DNA of 64,000 bases, taken from assembly GCA_963818505.1 (NCBI GenBank), contig CAWFSJ010000005.1, positions 10,149 to 74,148 on the forward strand. Reading direction: 5' to 3'. A program made the position numbers and the translations under genes. Source of the DNA: an uncultured Actinomycetota bacterium. Lineage in GTDB: Bacteria; Actinomycetota; Actinomycetes; S36-B12; UBA10799. Each line of letters opens with the position of its first letter. Position 1 is the stretch's first letter. Positions 50,268-59,892 of the stretch are shown in pieces. The notes under the pieces are model-generated. The model worked only from the letters and a program-made list of their open reading frames with translations. It was not told where the DNA came from and did not search any database.

Positions 50268-51996
50268 CTACCGAATGACCCCCACCAACCGAAGCGCTGC
50301 CGTCCCCTTAACGTCTCCGGCCAACCGCAGGGTCCGAGAGCCGTCGAGGGCCACGATCGCCAGATCGGTGTTGGCCCGCTTCGACCGGACGTCCACAGTG
50401 CGAACACCGGGCCTGTCGCCCGCCCCCCAAACCGTGAGCCCGCCAGACTTCGCGGCTCCCTTGGTCGTCACCACAAGGACGACGGCGCTGGCATCGGCCG
50501 GGACCTTGGAGCCGAGGGTGACGGTCTGCGGTTTGCCGACCTCCACTGAGCCCAGGTCGGCGGATGCGGGAATCAACCGCTTGCTGTCCGGGCTGGGCTT
50601 GGTGATCAAGCCAGTGAGCAGCAGCTTTACCGCAGCTGGGGCTTGCGAGGTGTTGGTCAACCTCACCTGACCGTCGGCGCTAGCAGCGAACGTCGACGCC
50701 GAGCGGGTGCCGTTGACGACGTCCACCGCGTCCGCGCGTGTCTTCGCCCCCGGGGAAGCCACGCGTATGTGTCCGGGCGAGGTTCCACTGGTATTGAGGG
50801 TCAGGCAGACGCCGGTGAGTCCCTCGTGAGGCACGCCCTCGAGATGCACGTCCTGGGAGGCCCCGGGTGGTAGTTCGACCTCTGCGGCCAAGGCTGAGGC
50901 CGCCTCCCACGTGCCCGTTCGGGATACGGCGGCTGACGTGGTCGGCTTGCCGAAGTACCCGACCACGTCGACGGCCACGCGGGCATGCCCGGCGACGGTG
51001 GCCAGCCAGATCCGGCCGGTGTCGGACACTGGGACGATGGCGGTGCCCGCTGAGGAACCGGCCATACCCAGTGAGACCACTCTCGGCCCATTCGCTCCCG
51101 GTGCGCCTGCGGCGTTGATCCAGCCCGGGGCGTTGGAGGCGTAGGCGGTCACCCGGACTGCCACTGCCTGCACCCCGGTCTTGGGGATGCCCTTACGACC
51201 TGCGACCCGCACAGATGCACTGCGGTCGTCACCGGACCAGCGGCGCTGCTGCAGGTAGCAGCCCTGCTCGCCCTTCTGGCGGGAGTCGAAGACCCGCACC
51301 GGTTTGACAGGGACGAACGCGGCCGACGCCTGAAGGGCCCGCGCCGACCCACTGGCGCGTTCCACCTTGCACGGGACGTCTACCACAGGTGTCCCGTCCC
51401 AGTAGGACGTCCGCGCGGCGGCGCCGTCCCAGGTCATGGAGAAGTGGACGTGGTCACGATGGCAGAAGGTGTCGTTGCCCGATGACTGTAGTGAGTAGCA
51501 GCCCTTCGAGCTCGGTCCATCCGCGACCGGTGTCGTAGGCGCGCCACATCTCGTCGGCCCACCCGATATACATGATCCCGAGGCGGCGCGCGTTTGCCGC
51601 CGGGGTCCCGTCGGGCCCTTTGGCTGTCACCCAGTCGACGAAGTCCTGCGCCTGCTTTCGCTCCACCGGGTCCTTCCAGTCGATCATCCAGTCGACAGCG
51701 CGACCCTCCTTGTGCTCTGAGATCGAGTCCTGATCACATGCCCGACTGATCCCGATCACCGCCTTGCCGTAGGTGTCGAGCAGCAGTTGGCGCAACATGA
51801 GAGCACCGGGCCGCGGTGTCGGGTCGCAGGTGGTCATCCCTTCGTACTCGATCGGGGCGTCGAGCACCGCCGGGTAAGCCCTTTCGGGCGGGAGCATGGG
51901 CGCAGGCTTGGGATTCACCGCCAGCGCCGGCGGGGTCACGATCAGTAGCAGGGCGCTCAGCAGGGGAAGAATGCGTCGCAATAACACCCGTCGCAC
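50268..51996 (-). pseudogene. secreted M15/LAS-like peptidase with C-terminal repeat domains, interrupted by a 1-nt frameshift (or a sequencing error)
   Basis: ORF 51454..51996 (signal peptide, SEHKEGRAVDW) and ORF 50268..51437 are in frames offset by one. Removing one C from the CCC run at 51502-51504 gives ...GWTELEGCYSLQSSGNDTFCHRDHVHFSMTWDG... as a single 575-codon ORF (1729-1=1728 nt). Confidence 0.7.
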
Positions 51997-52114
51997 CCTG
52001 CCAGCCGCATTTGGACCGGTCGGGCATGTCGTCCGGGAGTGTCGGTAACGAAACGGTCACGGCGCACCGGGGTACAAAAGCGGTTGAGCGGCCTGCTTGA
52101 TGAACCAGTCCGGT

Positions 52115-53671
52115 TCACTCCCACTCGATAGTTCCCGGCGGTTTGCTGGTCACATCCAGGACCACCCGGTTCACCGCCGCCACTTCGTTGGTGATCCGGG
52201 TCGAGATCGACGCCACGACCTCGTGGGGCAGGCGCGACCAGTCAGCGGTCATGGCGTCCTCGCTGCTCACCGGCCGCAGCACCACGGGGTGGCCGTAGGT
52301 CCGGCCGTCACCCTGGACACCCACGCTGCGCACTCCAGCCAGCAGGACCACCGGGAACTGCCAGACTGACCGGTCGAGGCCGGCTGCAGTCAGTTCTGCA
52401 CGGGCGATGGCGTCGGCCCGGCGCAGCGTCTCGAGATTCTCCTCGGTCACCTCGCCCACGATGCGAATCGCCAAGCCCGGCCCCGGGAACGGGTGGCGCC
52501 AGACCAGGTCCTCCGGTAGCCCGAGGGCAGCCCCGACCGCGCGCACCTCGTCCTTGAACAGGTCCCGCAGTGGCTCGACGAGGGTGAATTCGAGGTCCTC
52601 GGGCAGACCGCCCACGTTGTGGTGGCTCTTGATGTTCGCCGTCCCGGTGCCGCCGCCCGACTCCACCACGTCGGGGTACAGAGTGCCTTGCACGAGGAAC
52701 CGGACATCGCCGCCGCTCTCGGCCACCACGTCGGCCGCCGCCGCCTCGAAGACCCGGATGAACTCCCGTCCGATGATCTTGCGCTTCGTCTCGGGCTCCG
52801 TGATTCCCGCCAAGGCGTCCAGGAAGCGCCTGCGTGCGTCGACCACCACAAGACGGGCACCGGTCGCCGCGACGAAGTCGCGCTCCACCTGCTCCACCTC
52901 ACCCTGGCGCAGCAGACCATGGTCGACGAATACGCAGGTGAGCCGCTCGCCTATCGCTCTCTGGACCAGCGCCGCGGCCACGGCCGAATCCACCCCGCCG
53001 GAAAGACCGCAGATCGCCTGCCCGTCGCCCACCTGGTCGCTGATGGCCGACAACTGCGCGTCAATCACACCTTCGGTGGACCAGTTCGGGGTGAGCCCGG
53101 CGATGTCGTAGAGGAAGCGCTGCAGCATCGCCTGCCCGTGGTCGGTGTGCGCCACCTCGGGGTGGAACTGCACGCCGGCCAGCGCCCGGTCCCGGTGGAT
53201 GAAGCCCGCCACAGGAGTGGCCGCCGTGGTGGCGACCACATCACAACCAGTCGGTGCGGCAACGACCGAGTCGCCGTGGGACATCCAAACCGACTGCTCA
53301 CGGGGCTGGCCCGCGAACAAGACGCTGTCGGTGGTCGTCACGGCTGTGCGGCCGTATTCACGCAACCCGGTCTGCTCGACTTTGCCGCCAAGGGCCGAGG
53401 CCATGACCTGGAAGCCGTAGCAGATGCCGAACACCGGCACATCGGAGTCCAGAAGGGAATCGTCGAAGGAGGGCGCGTCCGGCACGTACACGCTGGCCGG
53501 GCCGCCGGACAAGATCACCGCCAGCGGCTCCTTGGCCAGGATCTGCTCAGCCGTCCAGGTGTGCGGAACGACCTCCGAGTAAAGGTGGGCCTCACGGACA
53601 CGGCGCGCGATGAGTTGCGCGTACTGTGCGCCGAAGTCGAGAACCAGCACGGGACGGGGCAGATTTGCCAT
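52115..53671 (-). CDS. guaA: GMP synthase (glutamine-hydrolysing)
   Basis: N-terminal GATase domain (FGICYGFQ), PP-loop LSGGVDS, and C-terminal KPPGTIEWE. Confidence 0.96.
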   Translation of the reverse strand: MANLPRPVLVLDFGAQYAQLIARRVREAHLYSEVVPHTWTAEQILAKEPLAVILSGGPASVYVPDAPSFDDSLLDSDVPVFGICYGFQVMASALGGKVEQTGLREYGRTAVTTTDSVLFAGQPREQSVWMSHGDSVVAAPTGCDVVATTAATPVAGFIHRDRALAGVQFHPEVAHTDHGQAMLQRFLYDIAGLTPNWSTEGVIDAQLSAISDQVGDGQAICGLSGGVDSAVAAALVQRAIGERLTCVFVDHGLLRQGEVEQVERDFVAATGARLVVVDARRRFLDALAGITEPETKRKIIGREFIRVFEAAAADVVAESGGDVRFLVQGTLYPDVVESGGGTGTANIKSHHNVGGLPEDLEFTLVEPLRDLFKDEVRAVGAALGLPEDLVWRHPFPGPGLAIRIVGEVTEENLETLRRADAIARAELTAAGLDRSVWQFPVVLLAGVRSVGVQGDGRTYGHPVVLRPVSSEDAMTADWSRLPHEVVASISTRITNEVAAVNRVVLDVTSKPPGTIEWE

Positions 53672-53721
53672 GGGGCAAGTCTAGGCAGGGCACCGCGGGG
53701 CACTTACGGCAAGCGCCCGTG

Positions 53722-54894
53722 TCACGACTCCTGGGAAAGCGTGGGCGCAGGGCCTTTGACCGAGATCGCGTGCGGGCTGGCCGCCGGCGGGGTGAGCAGG
53801 TCGCCCTTCCACGACTGCCGCAGGGTACGCACTCCGACCACGACCCACGCCAATAGCAGGACTGCGTACAAGAACGCCGCGAACCACTCGAACAGGGCCA
53901 GGTCGGTGTGCTTGGCCAGTTGGCTCGTGCCGGTGACGCAGGTTCCGACGGGGAAGGTGAACGACCACCAGGTCAGCGCAAATCCCATGCTGCGGTTGTG
54001 GGCGCGGATGGTCAGGGCGACGGCGATGGGCATCCACAGCAGCATGAACCCCCACATGGGGACACCGAAGACCACAGCGAAGGTGTCCAAGGCGGTGGAC
54101 AAAGGAGGCGCCACGGCACCGAGGGCGGCGGTGCCCAAGGCCCCGGCTGCGGTGATCGACTGCCCTACCGGGCCGAGTACGACCCATAGCGTGGGAACCC
54201 GCGCCGACCCCGAGGTGCCGAAGTGGGCCAACCTGCTCCAGATCAGCGTGATGATGATCAACGAAGTGACCAGGCTCATCCCGAAGAACGCGTAGCAGAG
54301 CAGTAACAATGTCTCCCGTAATTCCCCGGCGGGCGCGTGTGGCACGAGAAGTGCGCCGACTGCAGCGGAGACCATCGGCGGGACCACTGGCATCAGCCAG
54401 CCGCCGAAAGCCCCGTCCTGGCGGACATCCAGGCTGGTGAACAACCGGTACGGCACGGCGACAGCCGTGATCAACCCCAGGACCGTCCCCACCCCCCAAA
54501 GCACCCATGCGATCCCCACTGCAGCGCTTTCGCCGATGTAATGCTGACCGACCAGCAGAGTGGCCGACGCCACGGTCATCAAGGCCATGGGGGGAGCTCC
54601 GAAGAACTGGATGGCGATGGCGTCGTCGGCTATGGCCTGTATGTTCTGCGGGTGCCGGGCCCAGTTCAACGGCATCGAGATCAGCAGCGCCACCAGCAGC
54701 ACCACGGCCAGGCCCCACGCCACCGTCGGGATCACGGTCGGCACGGCGAACGGCAGTGTCGCCCCGGCCACGGCGACGATGCCCGTACCCATTACCGAGG
54801 CGAACCAGTTGGGGCCCAAGAGCACGTGGCCATCGACCGGCGAGCCAAGTACGCCGAGAAGGCGTTGCGAAGTCGACGAAGTGCTGGCGGACAC
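53722..54894 (-). CDS. TDT family transporter (TehA/Mae1/SLAC1-like, C4-dicarboxylate or tellurite-resistance type)
   Basis: 390 aa with about 10 TM helices. N-terminal LLGPNWFASVMGTGIVA is typical of the family. Confidence 0.85.
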   Translation of the reverse strand: MSASTSSTSQRLLGVLGSPVDGHVLLGPNWFASVMGTGIVAVAGATLPFAVPTVIPTVAWGLAVVLLVALLISMPLNWARHPQNIQAIADDAIAIQFFGAPPMALMTVASATLLVGQHYIGESAAVGIAWVLWGVGTVLGLITAVAVPYRLFTSLDVRQDGAFGGWLMPVVPPMVSAAVGALLVPHAPAGELRETLLLLCYAFFGMSLVTSLIIITLIWSRLAHFGTSGSARVPTLWVVLGPVGQSITAAGALGTAALGAVAPPLSTALDTFAVVFGVPMWGFMLLWMPIAVALTIRAHNRSMGFALTWWSFTFPVGTCVTGTSQLAKHTDLALFEWFAAFLYAVLLLAWVVVGVRTLRQSWKGDLLTPPAASPHAISVKGPAPTLSQES

Positions 54895-55019
54895 AGGCGA
54901 AACGGTAGTCCAGACACTTCAACTTCGCGGTTCTACACCCCTACCCAAGTCAGTTAGTCGGAATACCTGTGTTATGTTTCCTAGTAACTGAGTAGACAAC
55001 AACTAATTAGGAGTCAGAC

Positions 55020-56105
55020 ATGAAGATCCCCCGCAAGTTCCTGCCAGTGGCAGCAGCCATGGTGGTGCTGGGTTCGATGGCAGCGTGCTCCTCCGGGGAT
55101 TCCTCGAATGCGTCGGCTTCCGGCGAACCCGCGGCCTCCGAGATCAAGACCGTTCGCCTCGGCTTCTTCCCCAACCTGACGCATGCCCCCGCCCTGGTCG
55201 GACTCCAGGAGGGCTTGTTCAAAGACGCGGTCAAACCGCTCGGCATCACCGTCACGCCGACCGCGTTCAATGCCGGCCCGGACGCTGTGACAGCCCTGTT
55301 CGGCAACTCCCTGGACATCGCTTACATCGGACCGAACCCCACCATCAGCGCCTACACCCAGTCCAAGGGTGAAGCGGTGACGGTCATCGCCGGTGTCGCC
55401 TCCGGCGGTGCAGCTCTGGTCGTGAACCCCGACATCAAGAGCGCGGCCGACCTCAAGGGCAAAGCACTTGCCACTCCGCAGCTTGGTAACACCCAGGACG
55501 TCGCCCTGCGGTACTGGCTCAAGCAGCAGGGTCTGACCACCACTGTCGAGGGCGGCGGGGACGTCTCGATCAAGCCACAGGCCAACGCCGACGGCCTCAC
55601 TGCCTACGGCGCCGACCAGATCCAAGGTGCATGGGTGCCCGAGCCGTGGGTCTCGGAGTATGTGGCCAAGGGCGCAAAGGTTCTGGTCAACGAGAAGGAT
55701 CTCTGGCCGGACGGCAAGTTCGTGACCACCAACCTTCTGGTGCGAAGCCAGTTCCTCCAGGAGCACCCGGATGTTGTGCAGGCAGTTCTCGATGCCCACG
55801 TTCAAGCCCTCGAGGTGATCGCCAACGACCCGAAGCAGGCCAAGAGCGACGCCAACGCCGCGCTTCAGAGCCTGACAGGAAGCCAGTTGGACCCCGCGAT
55901 CCTCGACAGCGCCTGGAAGCAGGTCGACTTCACTGCTGATCCGCTGCCGGCAACCCTGGTCGGATCTGCCCAGCACGCAACGGACGTGGGCCTGCTCGAC
56001 CAGGCGGAGATCGACGCCGCAGGAGGGCTGCCCGGCACCCTGTACGACCTCACCTTCATCAACAAGTCCCTGGCGAACGCCGGCCTGGATGAGGTGCAAC
56101 AGTGA
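55020..56105 (+). CDS. ABC substrate-binding lipoprotein, sulfonate/nitrate/taurine (NMT1/SsuA-like) family
   Basis: AGGAG Shine-Dalgarno, lipobox LGSMAAC, and first position in the binding protein-ATPase-permease operon. Confidence 0.88.
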   Translation: MKIPRKFLPVAAAMVVLGSMAACSSGDSSNASASGEPAASEIKTVRLGFFPNLTHAPALVGLQEGLFKDAVKPLGITVTPTAFNAGPDAVTALFGNSLDIAYIGPNPTISAYTQSKGEAVTVIAGVASGGAALVVNPDIKSAADLKGKALATPQLGNTQDVALRYWLKQQGLTTTVEGGGDVSIKPQANADGLTAYGADQIQGAWVPEPWVSEYVAKGAKVLVNEKDLWPDGKFVTTNLLVRSQFLQEHPDVVQAVLDAHVQALEVIANDPKQAKSDANAALQSLTGSQLDPAILDSAWKQVDFTADPLPATLVGSAQHATDVGLLDQAEIDAAGGLPGTLYDLTFINKSLANAGLDEVQQ

Positions 56106-56848
56106 CACTCACCGTGGCGACCCGTGAACAGACCGCCCTCAAGGTGCGCGCTGTGACCAAGGTCTTCGATTCCGACGAGGGCCGCACGGCTGCTCTGCAC
56201 GGGGTCGACCTCGATGTCAGGCAGGGGGAGTTCGTCACTGTCGTGGGTCACAGCGGCTGCGGCAAGACGACCCTGCTGAACATCGTCGCCGGCCTCGACA
56301 GTCCCACTTCGGGAGATGTCGAGGTCAGCGGTCGCACCGCGCTGATGTTCCAGGACGCCACGCTGCTGCCCTGGCTGACAGCGCGCCAGAATGTGGAACT
56401 TGCTCTCAAACTGCGCGGGGTTCCCCGTTCGCAGCGCAAGGGGGAGGCCGACGAACTGCTCGAGGTGGTACGGCTCTCCGGTACCGCCACCCGTCGCCCG
56501 CATGAACTGTCCGGAGGCATGCGCCAACGCGTCTCACTGGCGCGCTGCCTTGCCCAGAACGCCGATCTGGTCCTTATGGACGAGCCTCTGGGCGCACTGG
56601 ACGCCATGACACGCGATCTGCTGCACGACGAGATCGAACGTGTCGTGCGCGAACGCGACCTGACCGTCATGTTCGTCACGCACAACATGCGCGAGGCGGT
56701 TCGTCTGGGCGACCGGGTCATTCTGATGGCGTACGGGAAGATCGTGCACGAGCAGATCGTGAACCTGCCTCACCCGCGAATCATGGACAGCGCAGCGGTG
56801 GCTGAGCGCGCCGGTGACCTCACCCGACGACTCCACGAGGCGGCCTGA
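56102..56848 (+). CDS. ABC transporter ATP-binding protein (SsuB/TauB/NrtD-like)
   Basis: Walker A GHSGCGKTT, signature LSGGMRQR, Walker B LVLMDEP. Confidence 0.92.
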   Translation: MTLTVATREQTALKVRAVTKVFDSDEGRTAALHGVDLDVRQGEFVTVVGHSGCGKTTLLNIVAGLDSPTSGDVEVSGRTALMFQDATLLPWLTARQNVELALKLRGVPRSQRKGEADELLEVVRLSGTATRRPHELSGGMRQRVSLARCLAQNADLVLMDEPLGALDAMTRDLLHDEIERVVRERDLTVMFVTHNMREAVRLGDRVILMAYGKIVHEQIVNLPHPRIMDSAAVAERAGDLTRRLHEAA

Positions 56849-56849
56849 C

Positions 56850-57686
56850 ATGGCAACTGATGTCCTGACACCGGTGGTAGATGTTCTACCCGAACCCAAA
56901 CGTGACTCGACGTTGTCGCGAATCTGGGCATGGAGTTGGCCAAAGCTGATGGCCGTTGGCCTGGTGCTGGTCGCGTGGCAACTGGTGGTGTGGTCCGGCT
57001 GGCGACCCGAATACGTCCTGCCTGGTCCCATAACCACGTTGCAGGCGGTCTGGGAAATGATGGGCACCGACCGATTCTGGAGTGCCATCGCGACCACCTT
57101 GACGCGGGCTGTGGCCGGCTTCGCACTCGCGCTGCTGATCGGCACGACACTGGGGATCCTGGTAGCCCGCATCCGGCCGCTGCGTCTTGCGGTCGGGGCT
57201 TTGATCACCGGCCTTCAGACGATGCCATCGATCTCATGGTTCCCGCTGGCGATCCTGCTCTTCGGGATCAACGAGCAAGCGATCCTGTTCGTCGTGGTCC
57301 TCGGTGCGGCCCCAAGCATCGCCAACGGCGTGATCTCTGGAATCGACCAGGTCCCACCGGCCTTCTGGCGCCTGGGGCATGTCCTAGGTGCCGGCCCGGT
57401 CGCGATGTACCGCAACATCATCCTTCCGGCCGCTCTGCCCGGGTACGTCAGCGGTCTGACGCAAGGCTGGGCCTTCGCCTGGCGCTCCTTGATGGCCGGT
57501 GAACTTCTGGTCATCATCGCCGAACGGCCCTCCCTGGGCGCGCAACTGGAGTTCGCGCGACAGTTGGCCAAGGCACCGCAACTGCTGGGCACGATGCTGG
57601 TCATCCTGATCATCGGAATGCTCGTGGATGGGCTGTTCTCGAGCTTCGCGCGCAGGTTGCGCGAGCGACGCGGATTGGCCACGTGA
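56850..57686 (+). CDS. ABC transporter permease (SsuC/TauC-like)
   Basis: ORF 56814..57686 trimmed to ATG 56850, directly after the ATPase stop. Six TM helices. Confidence 0.9.
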   Translation: MATDVLTPVVDVLPEPKRDSTLSRIWAWSWPKLMAVGLVLVAWQLVVWSGWRPEYVLPGPITTLQAVWEMMGTDRFWSAIATTLTRAVAGFALALLIGTTLGILVARIRPLRLAVGALITGLQTMPSISWFPLAILLFGINEQAILFVVVLGAAPSIANGVISGIDQVPPAFWRLGHVLGAGPVAMYRNIILPAALPGYVSGLTQGWAFAWRSLMAGELLVIIAERPSLGAQLEFARQLAKAPQLLGTMLVILIIGMLVDGLFSSFARRLRERRGLAT

Positions 57687-57691
57687 GCTCA

Positions 57692-57733
57692 CATGCTGGC
57701 ATTCCCCGGCACAAGCGGGAGAATGCCAGCATG
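57692..57733 (+). promoter_or_regulatory. perfect 13-bp inverted repeat spanning the rrf2 ribosome-binding site and start codon
   Basis: CATGCTGGCATTC-N16-GAATGCCAGCATG. An inner CCC/GGG pairing is possible. The ATG in the right arm (57731) is the Rrf2 start codon. Confidence 0.6.
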
Positions 57734-58198
57734 CAGATCTCGGCCAAGGTGGACTACGCACTTCGTGCCCTCACCGAGCTGGCCGTCGCCTGGGAGCAGG
57801 ACCCGCGGCAGATGCTCAAGGGCGACCAATTGGCTGTGCGACAGAACATCCCCGTGAGGTTCCTCGAGGGGATTCTCGGCCAGTTGCGCCGCGCCGGCAT
57901 CGTGGTCAGTCAGCGCGGCGCGGACGGCGGCTACCGGCTGGCACGGTCACCGGAGCAGATCAGCGTGGCCGATGTGATCCGTGTGCTCGACGGACCGCTG
58001 GGCGCGGTTCGCAGCGAGGCTCCGGAGGATGCGACCTACGCGGGACCGGCGCAACACTTGCGCACCGTCTGGGTCGCCACCCGCGCGGCGATGCGGGAGG
58101 TTCTGGAGAACACGAGTGTGGCCGACGTGGTCGCCGGACGGTTCTCCGCGGACGTTCAAAACCTGATTGCGGCGCCGGGCGCATGGGACCGGCGCTGA
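57731..58198 (+). CDS. Rrf2 family transcriptional regulator
   Basis: ORF 57683..58198 trimmed to ATG 57731 (MQISAKVDYALRALTELA). Winged-helix motif GGYRLAR is present. No Cys triad is visible. Confidence 0.88.
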   Translation: MQISAKVDYALRALTELAVAWEQDPRQMLKGDQLAVRQNIPVRFLEGILGQLRRAGIVVSQRGADGGYRLARSPEQISVADVIRVLDGPLGAVRSEAPEDATYAGPAQHLRTVWVATRAAMREVLENTSVADVVAGRFSADVQNLIAAPGAWDRR

Positions 58199-58200
58199 CC

Positions 58201-59892
58201 TCAGCTCACCGCGACGATCGGCAACCGCAAGGCGCCAGGTGCGGACTCCGGAACGACCGGCTCCTTCGGCGCCACAGGGGCCACGCGCTGGTAGGTCTGA
58301 CCCAGGCCTGGCCGCACATCCGTCTCACCCTTGTTGGGCCACATCGCCATGGCGCGTTCGGCCTGTGCGGTGATGGTCAACGACGGGTTGACACCCAGGT
58401 TCGCCGAGACAGAGGCACCATCCACTATGTGCATGCCGGGGTATCCGTACACGCGGTGGTAGGCGTCGATGACCCCGTTGTCCGCGGAGTCGCTGATGGC
58501 ACAGCCACCCACGAAGTGGGCCGTCATCGGGGCGCTGATGAGGTCACCGAGGTTGCCGCCGGGCAGACCGTCGATGCGCTTGCTCAGCAGCCGGGCGGCC
58601 TCGTTGCCCGCCGGGATCCATGTGGGGTTGGGCTCGCCGTCGCCCTGCTTCGAGGTGAGCGTCCAGCGCCCGAAGCGACCGCGCTTGCCGCTCACGGTCA
58701 AGGAGTTGTCCACTGATTGCATCACCAGCAGGATGATGCTGCGCTCCGACCAGCCGCGCAGGTCGATGAAACGCAACGCCTCGGAGCGGTGGGCGACCAG
58801 TGCCTTCGCCCAGGTCTTCCAGCGAGGCTCCCCCTCGATCTCGTCGGTGAGCACCGTGGCCAGCGCGCCCATGACATTTGACCCCTTGCCGTAGCGGCAC
58901 GGCTCTATGTGGGTGTGCGGCTCCGGGAAGAAGCTCGACGTGATCGCAACGCCCTGGGTGTAGTCGCGGCTGCGGTCGTCGGTGATCGCGCCCAGCAACG
59001 ACTCGGAGTTGGAGCGCGACAGCTTGCCCAAAGCCGGGGACAGGTTAGGCAGCTTGCCGGTGTCCTTCATCTTGTGCAGCAGCCGCTGGGTGTTGTAGGC
59101 ACCGGCGGCCATGATGACCTGCTTGGCGTAGATGCGACGACTGGTGTCGCGGCGCGAGTCCGTACGCTTCACGTCGACCGCATAACCCTCGCCGAACTGC
59201 TCCACACCGGTGACTGTCGTCAGCGGCTGGATCTCGGCCCCTGCGCTCTCAGCCAGGTGCAGGTAGTTCTTGACCAGGGTGTTCTTGGCGTTGTGGCGAC
59301 AGCCGGTCATGCACTCCCCGCACTCGGTGCAGCCGGTGCGCTCCGGGCCGCGGCCGCCGAAGTACGGATCCTCCTTGGTGACACCCGGGCCATCGCCGAA
59401 GTACACCCCGACCGGTGTCATTTGGAACGTGTCACCGACGCCCATCTCCTCAGCGACGGCCTTGAGTTCGACATCGGCCGGAGTCATCGTCGGGTTCTCA
59501 ACAACACCCAGCATGCGCTGGGCCTGGTCGTAGAACGGCAGCAGTTCGGCCTGCCAGTCGGTGATGTGAGCCCACTGCTTGTCCTTGAAGAAGGGCTCCG
59601 GCGGGACGTACAGGGTGTTCGCGTAAACCAGCGAGCCGCCACCGACGCCGGCACCGGCCAGGATGACTGCGTCAGGCAGCACATGGATGCGCTGAATGCC
59701 GTAACAACCCAGAGCAGGCGCCCACAGGAAACGGTTGGTGCGCCACGAGGTCTTCGGGAAGTCCGCGTCCTCGAAGCGGCGACCCGCCTCGATCACCAGG
59801 ACCCGGTAGCCCTTCTCGGTCAGCCGCAGCGCCGCCACGGACCCGCCGAATCCGGATCCGATGATCGCCACGTCATAGTCGAACTGTTCCAT
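58201..59892 (-). CDS. GMC family oxidoreductase (ChoD/cholesterol-oxidase-like)
   Basis: ORF trimmed to ATG 59892 (MEQFDYDVAIIGSGFGGSVAALRL). Synteny with guaB3-guaB matches Mtb choD. Confidence 0.9.
   Translation of the reverse strand: MEQFDYDVAIIGSGFGGSVAALRLTEKGYRVLVIEAGRRFEDADFPKTSWRTNRFLWAPALGCYGIQRIHVLPDAVILAGAGVGGGSLVYANTLYVPPEPFFKDKQWAHITDWQAELLPFYDQAQRMLGVVENPTMTPADVELKAVAEEMGVGDTFQMTPVGVYFGDGPGVTKEDPYFGGRGPERTGCTECGECMTGCRHNAKNTLVKNYLHLAESAGAEIQPLTTVTGVEQFGEGYAVDVKRTDSRRDTSRRIYAKQVIMAAGAYNTQRLLHKMKDTGKLPNLSPALGKLSRSNSESLLGAITDDRSRDYTQGVAITSSFFPEPHTHIEPCRYGKGSNVMGALATVLTDEIEGEPRWKTWAKALVAHRSEALRFIDLRGWSERSIILLVMQSVDNSLTVSGKRGRFGRWTLTSKQGDGEPNPTWIPAGNEAARLLSKRIDGLPGGNLGDLISAPMTAHFVGGCAISDSADNGVIDAYHRVYGYPGMHIVDGASVSANLGVNPSLTITAQAERAMAMWPNKGETDVRPGLGQTYQRVAPVAPKEPVVPESAPGALRLPIVAVS

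Noticed and set aside
49922-50407. 162-codon N-terminal extension of the DUF222-HNH ORF.
   Set aside because: The extension is Trp/Arg/Gly/Ser-rich with low plausibility, overlaps the 3' end of the neighbouring gene by 140 bp, and the recognisable family-like sequence starts only at the Met encoded at 49921.
53681-54922. 413-aa alternative ORF overlapping the TDT transporter gene in another frame.
   Set aside because: It is an Arg/Gly/Pro-rich shadow frame. The 53722..54894 frame gives a coherent 10-TM transporter with the family N-terminal motif.
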